Part shown: piece after piece, positions 1 through 12,548 of the stretch
Numbering within the stretch: the first letter of the stretch is position 1
Layout of the letters: every line of letters begins with the position of its first letter
Source of the DNA: Yuukianura sp. NJ FZ-2021
Taxonomy: Eukaryota
Reading direction: 5' to 3'
Assembly: GCA_046563655.1 (NCBI GenBank)
Contig: CM102285.1
Location: forward strand, 12,648,001 to 12,712,000
DNA length: 64,000 nt
Translations under genes and position numbers: made by a program
The notes under the pieces: generated by a model
The model's input: the letters and a program-made list of their open reading frames with translations, nothing else
Database searches by the model: none
What the model was told of the DNA's origin: nothing

Positions 1-290
1 TATTTTAGTAACTGGTTGAGTGCGTTCTCATAATTTTCATGGAAATGACTTTGACCGTGAAAGTGGGATGACAATTCCTGTCCGAGACAAAGGTCCATAA
101 AGTTCTGGAAGGCTCTGTTTAGCTTCCTACTTTCAACTTCCAGTGTCTCCAATTTCAGATGAGTTTGCCTTATGCTGTAGATGTTGAGACCCTCCACTGT
201 TAGGTTAGAGGAAGGAAGAATTGTCTGAGTTTTGGGGGTAATCCTAGGGGGTTTAGGAGGGACTTGAAGAGATGTCAAATGGTCCAGAAG
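1..290 (-). CDS. Possible partial coding exon running off the window edge (unknown product)
   Basis: Minus-strand frame is open from ~290 to base 1 (...AFQNFMDLCLGQELSSHFHGQSHFHENYENALNQLLK). Minus-strand splice signals lie upstream (acceptor ~352, donors ~410 and ~944). No recognisable domain. Confidence 0.3.
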
Positions 291-949
291 TTACTTTCTA
301 GATCCTCCTTTGACTTGGGCTGGAGATGGAAGGGAGTCGACAGTTTGTGGATCTGGGGAGAAAGCATTATGACTTACTTTCTTCTGACGAAATGACTTCA
401 GATTACTCACGTCCTCTCCAACTCCTCAAAACTTCAGCACGGAAATGAGACTTTTTCAACAGAGAGAAAAGAATTGAATTTCGTCACAACCAATTCATCA
501 AAGCACCCAAACCAATCTAGTTCAAAATATTCCAATTTTCTGAAAAAAAAAATGCTTAGACTCAGACATTTTGGAAAAAGTTATCCAATTATTTAGCACA
601 AAATAGGAAGTTTTCTGAAAATTGAAGTTAATTTTTGAACAAGCTAGCGGAAAAAAGCCGCCTTTGATCCTAATCCTCAACCGTGTCAATGAGGATTTCG
701 TCTTTGAAAATCAAATTTCAACGTTCACATGAATCCGTTTTTCTTTCTTTTTTGAACAAAATCGGTGACTAAAGTTAGGGATTACAAGGGTTCGTAAATC
801 TCAAAATTTTGTGCCTCAAATGTCAGAATTTTGCCGCTTCCAGTTACGTTTGAGCGCGTCGTGCAACAAATTGACGCTGTCCAGAACATCATCGGCTTCT
901 TTCAGGCATCACAAAAGATGCGCCGCTTACTAGTACATACTTACGTTTA

Positions 950-972
950 GTTGTTATGGCAACCATGGAAAC
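950..972. promoter_or_regulatory. RFX X-box-like element
   Basis: GTTGTTATGGCAAC (950-963) has 2 mismatches to the palindromic GTTGCCATGGCAAC, and an overlapping half-site CCATGGAAAC follows. It lies ~140 bp upstream of the ATG at 1100. Confidence 0.45.
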
Positions 973-1099
973 AGATTTGAAATTCGGAGTAATAAACTTT
1001 AATAATTTTACTCCAAAGGCTGCGCTTGCTTGTGCTTGAATTCAAATCAACGCAATTGCAATAACGCAACCGACATACCAGTTTTTGTTACTCTGTTGC

Positions 1100-2737
1100 A
1101 TGTCCGGAGCCTTCCTGGTATCCACACTGTTGGCCCGCAACATGTTAGAAGCTAGCAGTTCAACGTCTCTAGTCAACATGCTTGTGGCAAAGCGAAAGAA
1201 GAGCTCAAGCACGATTTTTCCGGAAGTTTCAGTGAAATCAGGTAAAAAAAATTTTCATTTCAGCTTCTTGATTTCAATTTTGTGATTTTAAGTTTGCTTG
1301 AGCTAAATATTCATGGTTTGTGGCAATAGAAAACGGAGAGTCGGAGTCCCGGGGACACTTCTCTGATTGGAAATCAGAAACTTCGGAATTTGAAAATGAA
1401 ATTTCGGTCAAAAAGTCAGGGTCACAGTCAGTCGTTTCAAAAACGCCGAGTTTAGCACAGGGCACTGAACAGGGAGCCCTTGAGACTCCAATATTCGACC
1501 TGGAACAAGAATTCATAGGAGCCGTTCAAAGGGCCCTTATCAACATCGACGACACGCTGGACTCCATGTTAGCCGATTCCTGGGAGGCCTTCAAGTCCTT
1601 CATGCCAACTCGCGTGTTACGGAAGACTTTCGGTGCAAGATATTCCAACTCCACATTGTATTGCTCACAAGAACAACGTCAAAAGGCATCCACAAAGGGC
1701 CCACCTCAAGAAGCCGCACAAGGTCAAGGGTCATGGACAAAGATGTCAACTCATGAAGCCACTTCTCGCCATGCAGACTTCATCCTCATGACTTCAATTC
1801 TGAGTGACCCCAACATGACCCCTTACATCCGATCTTCTCAAGGTCAACTGGACGAAATGGCAGAGTCATTGACCTTGGCCATCAAAATTCTCAAGACACG
1901 CGTCGATGCGCTCAAAACTTTTCACCGAGAAGTTCGCGCAATTCATCAATCTCTGGCCAGAAAATACTCAAAATCAGTCACTCACGCTAAAATGCTCATG
2001 AAGGATTACATCAAATTCAGCTCTCCAGTGACGTATTCGTCACAATATGCACGAGACAACGCAAGCTTCTTGTTCTACTCTCCTACGTTCAAACTGTACT
2101 CGGTCATCTACAGGTCAGAGGTCAAAGATGACGACGTCTCATGTCAGTTACTCTCAGACGTCGAAAATAAAGACAAAAGAAAGTCCGTTTTCGATGGAAT
2201 TTTGACTCAAATGAACGAAACGCTTCAAGTTGTACATGCAGTGGCCAAGGGCTCTCTGAATCGGACGTATCGTGTCATGACCAGTCAGGATGGACAGGAT
2301 AATCACTGCATCAAAATGGAAATTATGAACCTACAGGATCTGTTTAAGAACAAGACAATTCGACTTCACGAACCAACGACAACGACGTTCCTGTTTTCTC
2401 TGATGAGAATTTTAGAAAAATTTGATCTTTTGGAAACCGTGCTAAACAAGGGAATCAAAAACTTGAAACGAACAGAACATCAGTTTTTGAAAAAGAAGAA
2501 AATTTGGATGAAGATGCTAAAGGAGACTCCAGCAGCAGCGTCACAGCCTGATGAAAGCGAATCAGAGCAAAAGTAAAACAAAAACAATTTTATAGTTTCT
2601 CTTTTTAAAAAAATTCAAATTTCAAAATTTTTTACAGCATCGGCAACATAATTACGAAGCTCTTGGAATCGAATTCAGTTCCAATGAAAGACTATCAGGC
2701 TCTCAGCAGCAGCTTCACGACACTTCCTAATTCCTAA
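1100..2737 (+). CDS. Hypothetical protein, ~490 aa, 3 exons (1100-1241, 1330-2572, 2638-2737)
   Basis: Built on the 418-aa ORF. GT-AG introns 1242-1329 (phase 1) and 2573-2637 (phase 2) join the exons in frame. AATAAA at ~2838. No family recognised. Confidence 0.65.
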
Positions 2738-5700
2738 ATTGACGTCAGCTAATATCAAAGTCACCATCAGTAATGTGAAATATTAATATTATATTAATAT
2801 TATAAATATTAATACATGTTTCAATAATTTCCAACAGAATAAAAAGTAAAGTGAAAGTTCGTTGGCACGCTAAACCAAACTAGCACACGCGTTAAGGAAT
2901 AAATGTTCGTGATTTAAATTTTTAAATGAAATGAAATGAAACTCAGCATGAATACTGTTAATTTAAACAATTAAATTTAAATTGTTTACAACAATTTACG
3001 TTTGGCTTCTGTTAATGAAGCACACTGTTTACTCGGGTGTCAGAACTTTTGCTGATGACATTTGAGTGACATGAACAACAGGAAAGAAGATACGACCACC
3101 ACCACGAATCGCTTTCAAAAATCGATTCTGTTTGTTCTGAATGAGAAAAAAAGTTCAAGAAAAAAAGAAGAAGATGAGACTGATGGTGTCTTTTTCGTAC
3201 AGCATGATTGAAGATCTGAATCATTGAAAACCATGATTGATGAGCGAGAAATGAAGGGAACTAAGGTGGGGCCTTAGACTTTTTCGGTGGCTCAAGGGAA
3301 CCTCCGGTACCGTAGATTCTGATTTCTTTCTTCTCACCTCTGCGGGTTCTTTCAAAATTTGAAAACTTTGAATAGCCAATTGTTCAAATTGTTTGGTTTT
3401 CATTTTTAGTTGATTTTTCTTCTGTAAAGTGTCAATGAAACAGAAGCTTCCTTCCAGAAACCACCCAACCTCGTTCCTGTCAATTCTTAATTGTTTGTAC
3501 TATCGGTTAGGGAAAATGAGAAATCCAATGTCATCTTCAACCTCAATTGTCATCTGAGTCAAAACTATCTCTTTTGGTCATACCTCAATGTCAACGGAAT
3601 TCGGTTTGATTTCCTTCGACATGCTGTGGGTTCGAATCCTGGTGGCTGCGTGAAAACGTTATTTTGTTAACCTATTTTGACTGTTTTGTGACAGGAGATG
3701 AGGAGTGATTGGATGGGTGTGGGAATGGGGAATAGAAATTCCCAGGGTTACGCAATTTTAGACCTTCCAAGTCATAACCATTGACTTTTGGACAAGGTTG
3801 TCTCCTGGGAAATTTAGATGAGTGATGGAACAAAATTTTGGTTAGGCAAAAATTTCAAAACTTCCAAAACTTTTTTAAAGATCTTCTAAGGTCAAAGGTC
3901 ACAGGGTCAAATGGAATCAGAAAGTTGAAAGGTTTTTGTGATAGTTCAAGTGAAGGATTAAGGATTTGATTTCCTCGGGTGTCAAACTTCAACGGAGTGA
4001 TTTGAGAGGAGCCTTGCAGTAAGTTCTGGAAGCCCTTACTTTCCCGGGTACTTTCTCTCCGTTTGAACTTTCCCCGCTTTCCGACTCACTGGATTTCGGA
4101 ATGAGAATCCGCTTTGGCTTATTAGTGCAAAGATCACAAGTCCAGAAGAAAAGGATTCAATTCTCCAATTTCCCACATCAACTCCCATGGCTTCACAACT
4201 CATCCCTCCATCCTCCCGGGCTTTACAAATAAACTTCAAGGGCCCCCTCCCTTAAGCCCTTAGTCTCAACACCAACTTTCAACTTAAATTGGACTCACAC
4301 TTGCTCCGAACAATCCCAATTTGTGCTATCCTCAATTCGACTAAATTCCTAGTTTACTTTTGCATGTCGACTAAAATTTTATAAACAAATTCTAGTCAGT
4401 TCTACTGTTAATTCGCCAGTTTTTGGTACCAATTGTATTGTTGAACGGAAAATTAGAAAGAAAAGTGAAATTTTTCAAATTTTTTAATTTTTTTTTTTAA
4501 TTTTAGAAAATTTCGCGTTTTGGAATTAAATTTGATCCAATTTGTGGAAAGGACAAGTGAGATCATTCTGGATCATAAACTATGTAAATTCTCAAATGTA
4601 ATTTACTTCCCTAATTTCAAGGACAAGCGACAAGGGAAAGTGGCAATTTCCAATTAAAGTGGTCTCTCCCCTTCCACTTTCTCCCCTCAGAGTATATCAG
4701 CATGTACTTCCAAAGTATGTTGTATGTTCGTATGTTACTCAAAGTATGTTGTATGTTCACATGACCAAAGTTACAAATGGAAATGGGACAAATTACAAGT
4801 CAATGATCTAAAGGGGAGGGAATTTTCGGATTCTCAAAATTATTCCCTCCATGCGGAAAGGGGAGAAAATTTGGAAGTGAAAGTGGGAAATTTGTTGTTC
4901 CGGAGATGATTCCTATTATTTTATTAGGAGAAACCGAAAGGGGGCACAAGGCCCCCGTGGACCCTTAACTTTCTCTCTCTTTTGGGTAAAATATGAATGG
5001 GACTTGAACAGAATTCGGGGTCTTATTTAATTCGTGACAGTTGTGGGGGGACTCCACACATCCCCCTACCAAGATCATGTCTCAACTATCATTAAAGTGT
5101 CCTAACTGTCACCATAAAACAAATTACAAGACCTACGCCTTCATCTCTCTACTTCAACCACACTGAATTCATGCCCTGGACCACCTCCACAAATTATTAT
5201 GCACCTTACTCCAACCCATACATTATTAGCAACGGATCTTACTACTTAGATACGGAACATATCTGTATTAAATTACGCTAGGGGAGGCTCTCTTTTGAAC
5301 ATAAACTACACATCTTAACTTGGAGATGTTTATGTACCATGATACAGAAACATAGTACATGCAAAGGTAGGATTTGTGTCGTCCTGAGTTAGGTCATTGA
5401 CTATAGTGAAAGTACTGAATTTCATTTCATTTCCGGTTCAGTTTGTCACTACTCTTCCCAATCACACGCACAATGACTTGCCTTAATGCCTCCAATTTAC
5501 TATGAACTCTGAAAGCAGAGTTTCTCTAATCCAAGTTAATTGAATAACTCAAAATAATGAACTTTTTGGAAAGTGAATCTTCTGAGGATTTGAAAAAGTT
5601 CAAAAGTCAGCGACTTAACTCCAACGCTCTTAACTTTTTGAGTTCAATTTCTCATTTTGTGAAATGGAAAAGATCAGGTTTTGTGGAGCATGACCTAGGC

Positions 5701-8700
5701 AGTTCCTCATGATATAACAAAGGACTGTGACAGTTCAAATTAAAATGTCGCTGAAGTGTCGCTTCTTTCTAAAGAAAGAAAATGAACTCATTAGCCAAAA
5801 ATCTTTTAGCCTAAGTCATCCTAACCAAGCCAAAAACCTAAAGAAGAAGCCCAAGAGACCAAATTTCAATTCGCAGAAGCCTTGAAGGCTTTCACTTTTT
5901 GAAATCCAAATTTTAATTGGATTTCGTCTTAAAACGGGACAAAGAAAAGATTGCCTTGGAGAAAGTAACTTTTCAAAAAAAAAATCTTTTTGAAAATTCC
6001 GTTTTCCAGGATCCGTGTAACTACAAGCATTCAATTTTGAATGTTCTAAGGATGTAGTGTTATTTCCCCTCTCCTGTCGATAATCTTCTTCTTCGGCAAA
6101 TCATTTATCAAATTTTGAAAAACAGGAAAAGAAAAAAATGACGTGTATATACCAAAGTAGTCGAAGCGAAAACTGTTTTGATTGAAATTGGGACAGACAC
6201 AGTGACATTTCTCCTGTGGATGGAAAATCATGATGGATGATCAGTGATTTCCTGCTTTCAAATTCAGTCCAAATGGACTCTGAATTGGTTCGCACTCAAT
6301 TATTCACTTGGCAAAGCTACTTCAGCATACTCAGAAATCAATCTAAACCATTAGTAAATGAAGTTTTCACCTTTGTGGAAGTAAAAAAAAAAGAAAAAGT
6401 AAAAGTTACAACTTTCTCTTGAAAGTGGAAAACTATCAATAATCGGAGATCTTGATTGAATTGGGCGGAGGTTCAAGATGTATAAATTTCTCTGTCAGTC
6501 TTTCTATTCTCAAGTGGTTCAGCAGAAGAACAAAATCGTCTATTCACCATCATTCTGTGGGTCAGTCAGTGCTAATTTTCTAAATTCAATTGAAATCGAA
6601 CATTCAGTTTTGGAAAGTAAACAAACTTGTAATTCGGAAAAAAAGCGTACATCAATTTTCGACAAAAAGCTGTCCGGGAGTAAAACTTTTAGCCGAAGAC
6701 GTGAAAAAAAATTGAGAGAAAGTTGCAAGAAATTCTTCTTTGTACAGCATGACCGTTAAAAGTACATATGACTTTTTGCTTCAGGAAAAATTTGAAAAAT
6801 TCAGCGCGTCAAAATCATAATATTAGTACAAAAGGCGTGTACAAAGAGGAAAAAGCAACTTTTTGGGAACGCCGAGAGAGAAGTTGGACTGGAGCAATAC
6901 TGCCAAATCAACGAAGCGTGTAATTGGATGGCTTGCAGAAAGGGGAGTTTGATCAAATCCGACATGGGCAACGATAACAAACTCCGTAAGCGTAACCCTA
7001 CTTTAGATTTCTATCTCTTCAGCTTGTACAAGGAAATGAGTCAAGTTAAAGGGTCATGACACGAAGCAGTCTCAAACCGCTTCTAGAAAACTATCGTCAA
7101 TGTGAGAAAAAAACAAGGAATTTTAAAAAGTGTATCTATAAATCCTATTCACAACAACAGCGAAAGTGGAATTCGCTGATTCCAAAATTTTGAAAAACAA
7201 AAACATAGGATTTTGAGAGTTTTCTGAAGAGAAAGCTTCTAAATCGATTTTTTGTGGCAAATCCTTTGGATACTTTGTAGCAAATTGGAAGTGGAGGTGA
7301 GAAAGTGTTTTAGTGAGAGACTGAGGACTTTAAATCCTTCGTAAGCTCCGTGTAAAGCGTCGTTTTTTGAAGGGAACGGAAGAGGGGGAGAAAATTGGAA
7401 TGTGGATTTTGAAACTTTTTGGAAAGTTTGGAAATGGAAAGTTATTGATTTGTGTATGACAGTGTAAGGGAAAACGGAAAACCCTTTGTGCTAGAATCCG
7501 CAAGTTAAGACTCTATAAGACTTCAAGAGCTTTTTCCTAACGTAGGTTTGTGTAATAGCACCACTGTATGGAACGAGGGATTCTGGAAGCGGAGATTTCA
7601 GTGTAAATCTGTAAAACGATCCGAGGAAATGGAGAAAGTCGTAAGAGAAATGAAATTGGATGAAATTTTGTTCATCCCGCCACTCAATTTCTGCCTTTCC
7701 AAACGATTTCCGTCCTTTCTACACCATGGAATTTCAAAATTTCGAAAATTTCGAGCGAATTTTAACACTTCACTTTCTCTTGAAACCAATTTTACTAATT
7801 TAAATTAAGAAACAGCGACTTTCAGCTATAAGTTTATTTATATCATGCGTTTCAAATGTTTGAAAATTTGGAGAAAATTTTAAAAATTCGGAATTTGGAT
7901 GGCTCTTGATACCTGAAACCCTTGGGGTTGGACCGTGTTTTCGTTTTCATGTTCAAAATTTCATAATTATGAAAAAAGTTTTCAAAAAACTTTCTCCTCA
8001 AGTTTGGTGTGGTGAAACTAGAAAGCCTTAAAAATTTTTTCCAACTTTTACTTCATTGGAAATGCCATAAATAACGAAAAAGGCTTCTCTTTCTTTTTGT
8101 CTGAAAAATTCGAATATCAATTTTTGTTTGTAAAAAAATGATACCGTGCTGAAACTTTTTTCTTTCAAAATTTGAAATTAGATTTGAAGAGCCATCGAGC
8201 AGGCTGGTGGCTCTTCCGCATTTTATCTAGAAAATTTCAAACTGCTATTTTATACATTCTGCCAACATATTCTGTCGATGTAGAGTTCGGCCAATATTGG
8301 TAGTACTTTTTCAAATTTTTTTTAAGTTCTAATATCAAATTCCAAACACAAACCCAAAGTTATGTCTTTCCGTATTTGGTGACATCTTGAACCTCCATTA
8401 CATTTTTATGAACAAAGTTTCAATTTTTTCAAAATTGAAAATTCACTAAACTTAAAAAACCCACTCGAAGTAACTGCTTTTGCTCAATTTTTTTCCGAAA
8501 TTTCTTTTCCAAAGTTCAAAATTGAAAAATTTGGTCCTTCCATCTCTTCCAAAAGCGTCCATTTGGAGTTTTAATGTTTGGAAAATGGAAATTGTTTTTC
8601 CTGGAGGAACTTTGTGAGCAAAAGGAGTATTTGAAATGAATTAGTATGGAGACTAATAAAAGTAAATTACGAAGGCTGTTCCCTTCTCTAACTCTTAGAA

Positions 8701-11106
8701 AGTGTTCTTCCAATTATTCAAAACATAATCTTCACACCACCGCCACTAAAAGTACTTCCAAACAAAACCTGTCGGTGGTCTCTCAGTACATCATGATGGG
8801 AGAGGGCCCTTGAAGTCCTCCCTGGGTCATGTACCTATTAATACGGCTGGAGTTGAATTAGAAGGCGGTGTAGGGATGTCAAAGCTAAACTGACTCTTGC
8901 CCTTCTCACCTTAGGCACCGACCTGTGATTTTGTGATCCAATTATGTAGAGCTAATGCTCTTCTTCTCACACCTCCAACCTTAAGATGCAATTTGTAACA
9001 AAAACAATTTCCTCTGAGGTCATTTACACGTACGCAGAAGGCCCGGCCCAATTTTAATCTAAATTTCTAATGTACAGAGACGATCATTTCAGCATCCTGC
9101 TTGCATACTTAGATCCAATTTCAACAATTTTTTATCCAACAGCATTTCGACAAGTTCAGAAACTACGCCAAACGAGATCAGGGTGAAAGTTGTGAAAAAC
9201 CGATTTTCGGGTGAAAGTTGTAAATAAATCTTCCTTTTTTAGTTAAGGTTATTCTAAGTTTGTTTATTAAAATTTTGACATGTTTCTTATTACGGAAATT
9301 TTCTTTTTGAAGTTTTTTGTTTAGATTCTTGTAAAATTGGAAACTTTTGTGAAAGTTTAACACTGGTGAAAAGTTGACAATGCAAATCATATGTACGATT
9401 CGTCCATTTTCAATCAGATGCATCATTGGGACGAGCAGCATGAGGAACTCAGGACTTATTTTTGACAGTGCATAGTTCACATCATGGAGGCGACGGAGAG
9501 AAGGTGGTGACTTGTTGGTTGACGTAAATTGTGAACTGAAATTTTGAAATTGGTAAGAAAATGGTGTAAGAGTAAATTGTTATTGAATTATTATTCATTT
9601 TTATTTCCTGGTAACTCTTGGTTGGGTTAGACTGTGGTGGTGGCTGGCATTGTTTATGAAGGAACGAGGACATTTGTTCCCCTGAACGTCTGCCCCACGG
9701 CCCCACTCCAACACCATCATTACATCCCATCAGACGCTAATGTTTCCTTTCATTTGAGAGGTGGATTCAATTAGGCAACCAACAACAAACCCACCACACA
9801 CCAGGTCAAAGGAACCGCCGACAATTTAATAAATCAATCAAAAATGTGGTTTTTAGCAACCTATCTGATAGACGTTTTTTTTATTTAAAAAGAAAACTAT
9901 TTCGTAGCAGAATAGAAGAAAGTGGTGCGACTCAAGTCCACTCAAAGTTAAATCTCACGAGTAACACACTGGAAATAACTTTTTTTCAAAGTTTTCCAGT
10001 TGGATTACACCCATAAGCTGTTGAACCATGGCGTTCTTTGACATTTGACTTCATTAGAAAATTTCTTTAGGAAACAAGCTTTCTCCGCTTTAAGTTCGGA
10101 ATTGTACATTTGCATGTGCATATCATCACTTTGAAGAATTGAAAATTTGGTATAATGTGGAGTTATTCAGGTGATTTTCAATGCTTTTTAGGTTGAAGTT
10201 TAAAATTTATTGCCATTATGTTTTCTTCTCAATCTGATGCTTTCGCTAAATTAAAATTGCCAAATTCCAGAATTCATTTTGAAGCTGTAAATGTATAGTG
10301 CTAAGTTAATTATTAATTTAACTACTGGTTAACGCCCAGTGTCAAAGTACCGTCACATTGTAATTGTTGGTCTGTTGGTGGTCTAATTTTAAAAACAATT
10401 TTAAATTGTAAATTCTAAGTTTTCGAAAAACTCCACCTTCGTAATTTTTTCTATTATGTATCTTTACTACGTAAAGTGAAGAAGTGTCCAACATCCGTGT
10501 GAAAGTGCTCAAAGAGAACACCAGTAGTCAAAATTCATTAGTCAAGTGATTATGGATCTTGAATGGGCGGATCCAGATCTCACAGAGTGACAGAAGGGCT
10601 ACTGGTATAACAAAAAAAAGTTACAATTGAAATGAGCCTGTACAGTTACAATCTCAAGTTGAAATTGGACTTGAGATTGAATGTTAGAGAACCCAGAAAT
10701 GTCATATTAGAAGAAGGATGATGAGGAAGAGCGTAATGAAGAATTGTAATGATAGGAATCAGGAAGGAGATTCAATAGAAAAGGCGATTTTAAGCCCAAA
10801 GTCCTTAGCCCGTCAAAGTCGAGTCCCGAGACAAGCCAAAGTCCGAAATTCAATTGAAATGAGAGACTCGACTTTGGCGGGCTTGAAATTTAGCCCAGAC
10901 CAAAGACAAGTCAGAGTCCGGCCTCAGTCTCAAGTTTTCAATAACTCTTGATTTTCAAATTTCCCAAGCGGGAAATTTATTTAAATATATATTAAGGTAT
11001 ATTAAATATATATTAAGGGTATTTAAATATATACTTGTTAGTTTATCATCGTCTCGGAGAAAGCAGTTTGTTGTGTCTTGCTTAGGACGTCAAAAAGAAT
11101 AAGATT

Positions 11107-11557
11107 ATATCACCTATATGGATATATTCATGATATATCATGCGTGCATACGATATATACTATATAACATGGTATATCGGGCATATATCATTCATATATC
11201 ATAGATATGTCACACCTATATCCTTGATATATCATGTATATAGATATATTCATGATATATTATGCGTGCATAAAATATATACTATATAAAATGGTTTTTG
11301 GGGCATATATCATTTATATATCATGGACATATCAGGCCTATATTATGGATATATCGTTTATACGGATATATGGATGATATATCACGCATGCATACTTATA
11401 TTATATACAGAATACGTATAACATTGCATTATATGCATAATATATCTATAACAGCAATAAGTATACTTATATTACTTCCATATATGCATAATATTAGTAT
11501 GTAGACTTATATTGCTTGCATATATGCATAATATCATTATGCACACTTATATTATAT
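11107..11557. repeat. AT-rich minisatellite: ~122-bp units followed by ~40-bp units
   Basis: GATATATTCATGATATATCATGCGTGCATA-like copies at ~11121, ~11243 and ~11367. CTTATATT...CATATATGCATAATA units of ~40 bp follow and resume after 12549. Confidence 0.8.
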
Positions 11558-12548
11558 CAGGGTGTCGGTGGTTTAAACCAGTTGGTTTAAACCATGGTTT
11601 AAACCACGGTTTAAACCACTTGGTTTTTTTTAAAAAAAACCATTGGTTTAAACCAAACCAAGAATTTCATGCGAAATGATAAAAAAAATCCGAAATAGTT
11701 TGACAGGAGCTTTGTTTTTGTCCTTCTTCTGTCAAACTATTTTTAGTTTTGCTTGTAAAACCAAAACCTCTTGCTGTTTCCAGTGTATTTTCAGAATTAG
11801 ACCGCCTTACCAGCATTCAAAGTTATTCTATCTTACTGTGCAAGTGCGCAATTTCGTTTTAAGGCTAAAATCGTTCGTAGTTTTGGGTTAATTGAACAAT
11901 GAGTAGCGGTAGGAAACGTGACATTGTTTGGTTAAGCTTCCAGGAAGTAGTTTCTCGTGACCGAAATTGCAGTAGGGCAAACGCTTGTACACAAGAAATG
12001 GAAGGTCAAGTGGCAATTTTTAACTGCAAAGGTTCCGAAAAATGTAATGGATTCCACTAGGAATACAATGTCGCAGGCACTGCTTCCTATTCATTATTTG
12101 GCCAATCCGATGCATCCTGTCTATAGCTTGGTAAAAATCTGTCGGAGCATGTAATTGAACTCGCCGTGTTACTTACTTATGCAGCAGTTGAAAACGAAAG
12201 AGCTTCAGGATTTTTAGCAGTATTTACGAAGTACAGAGCACAAACGCGACCATTCCAAAAGGTTTTGTTTTCTAACACTGTTTAAGACGACATATCTGCT
12301 TCGGATTGGTGGAACAAGTTTACGTTGTTTTAGTTTAGTTTAAATTTCAACTTGATTCGCAAGGGTACCTAATGTAAATATACCAGATACCCTTGGCATC
12401 CATTTTAATTTACTTCTACACCATTCTTCTCCGCGCATGATTTCTCAAGTTTTGGTTTAAACCAAAAAAACCAAAAAAACCTGGTTTAAACCAAAAAAAC
12501 CGGTTTGTTTGGTTTTTTTGAAAAAAACCAAAAAAACCCGACACCCTG
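11558..12548 (+). mobile_element. Internally deleted hAT-superfamily DNA transposon (991 bp)
   Basis: Perfect 11-bp TIR CAGGGTGTCGG/CCGACACCCTG and perfect 8-bp TSD TATTATAT (11550-11557, 12549-12556). Subterminal GGTTTAAACC arrays at both ends. Transposase relics inside (MSSGRKRDIVW, CTQEMEGQVA, HYLANPMHPVY). Confidence 0.9.

Noticed and set aside
3012..3403. Two adjacent short minus-strand ORFs
   Set aside because: No homology and no convincing splice joins.
3625..3650. GGTTCGAATCC, resembling a tRNA T-loop or B-box (similar at ~59814)
   Set aside because: No acceptor stem, D-arm or anticodon arm could be folded around it. At most a SINE or tRNA relic.
4710..4760. Local duplication of CAAAGTATGTTGTATGTTC
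   Set aside because: Simple slippage repeat with no further structure.
11298..11504. 68-aa Tyr/Ile/His-rich ORF
   Set aside because: It is a translation of the AT-rich minisatellite.
11568..11660. Regular GGTTTAAACC repeats resembling a CRISPR array
   Set aside because: No unique spacers and a eukaryotic context. These are hAT subterminal repeats.
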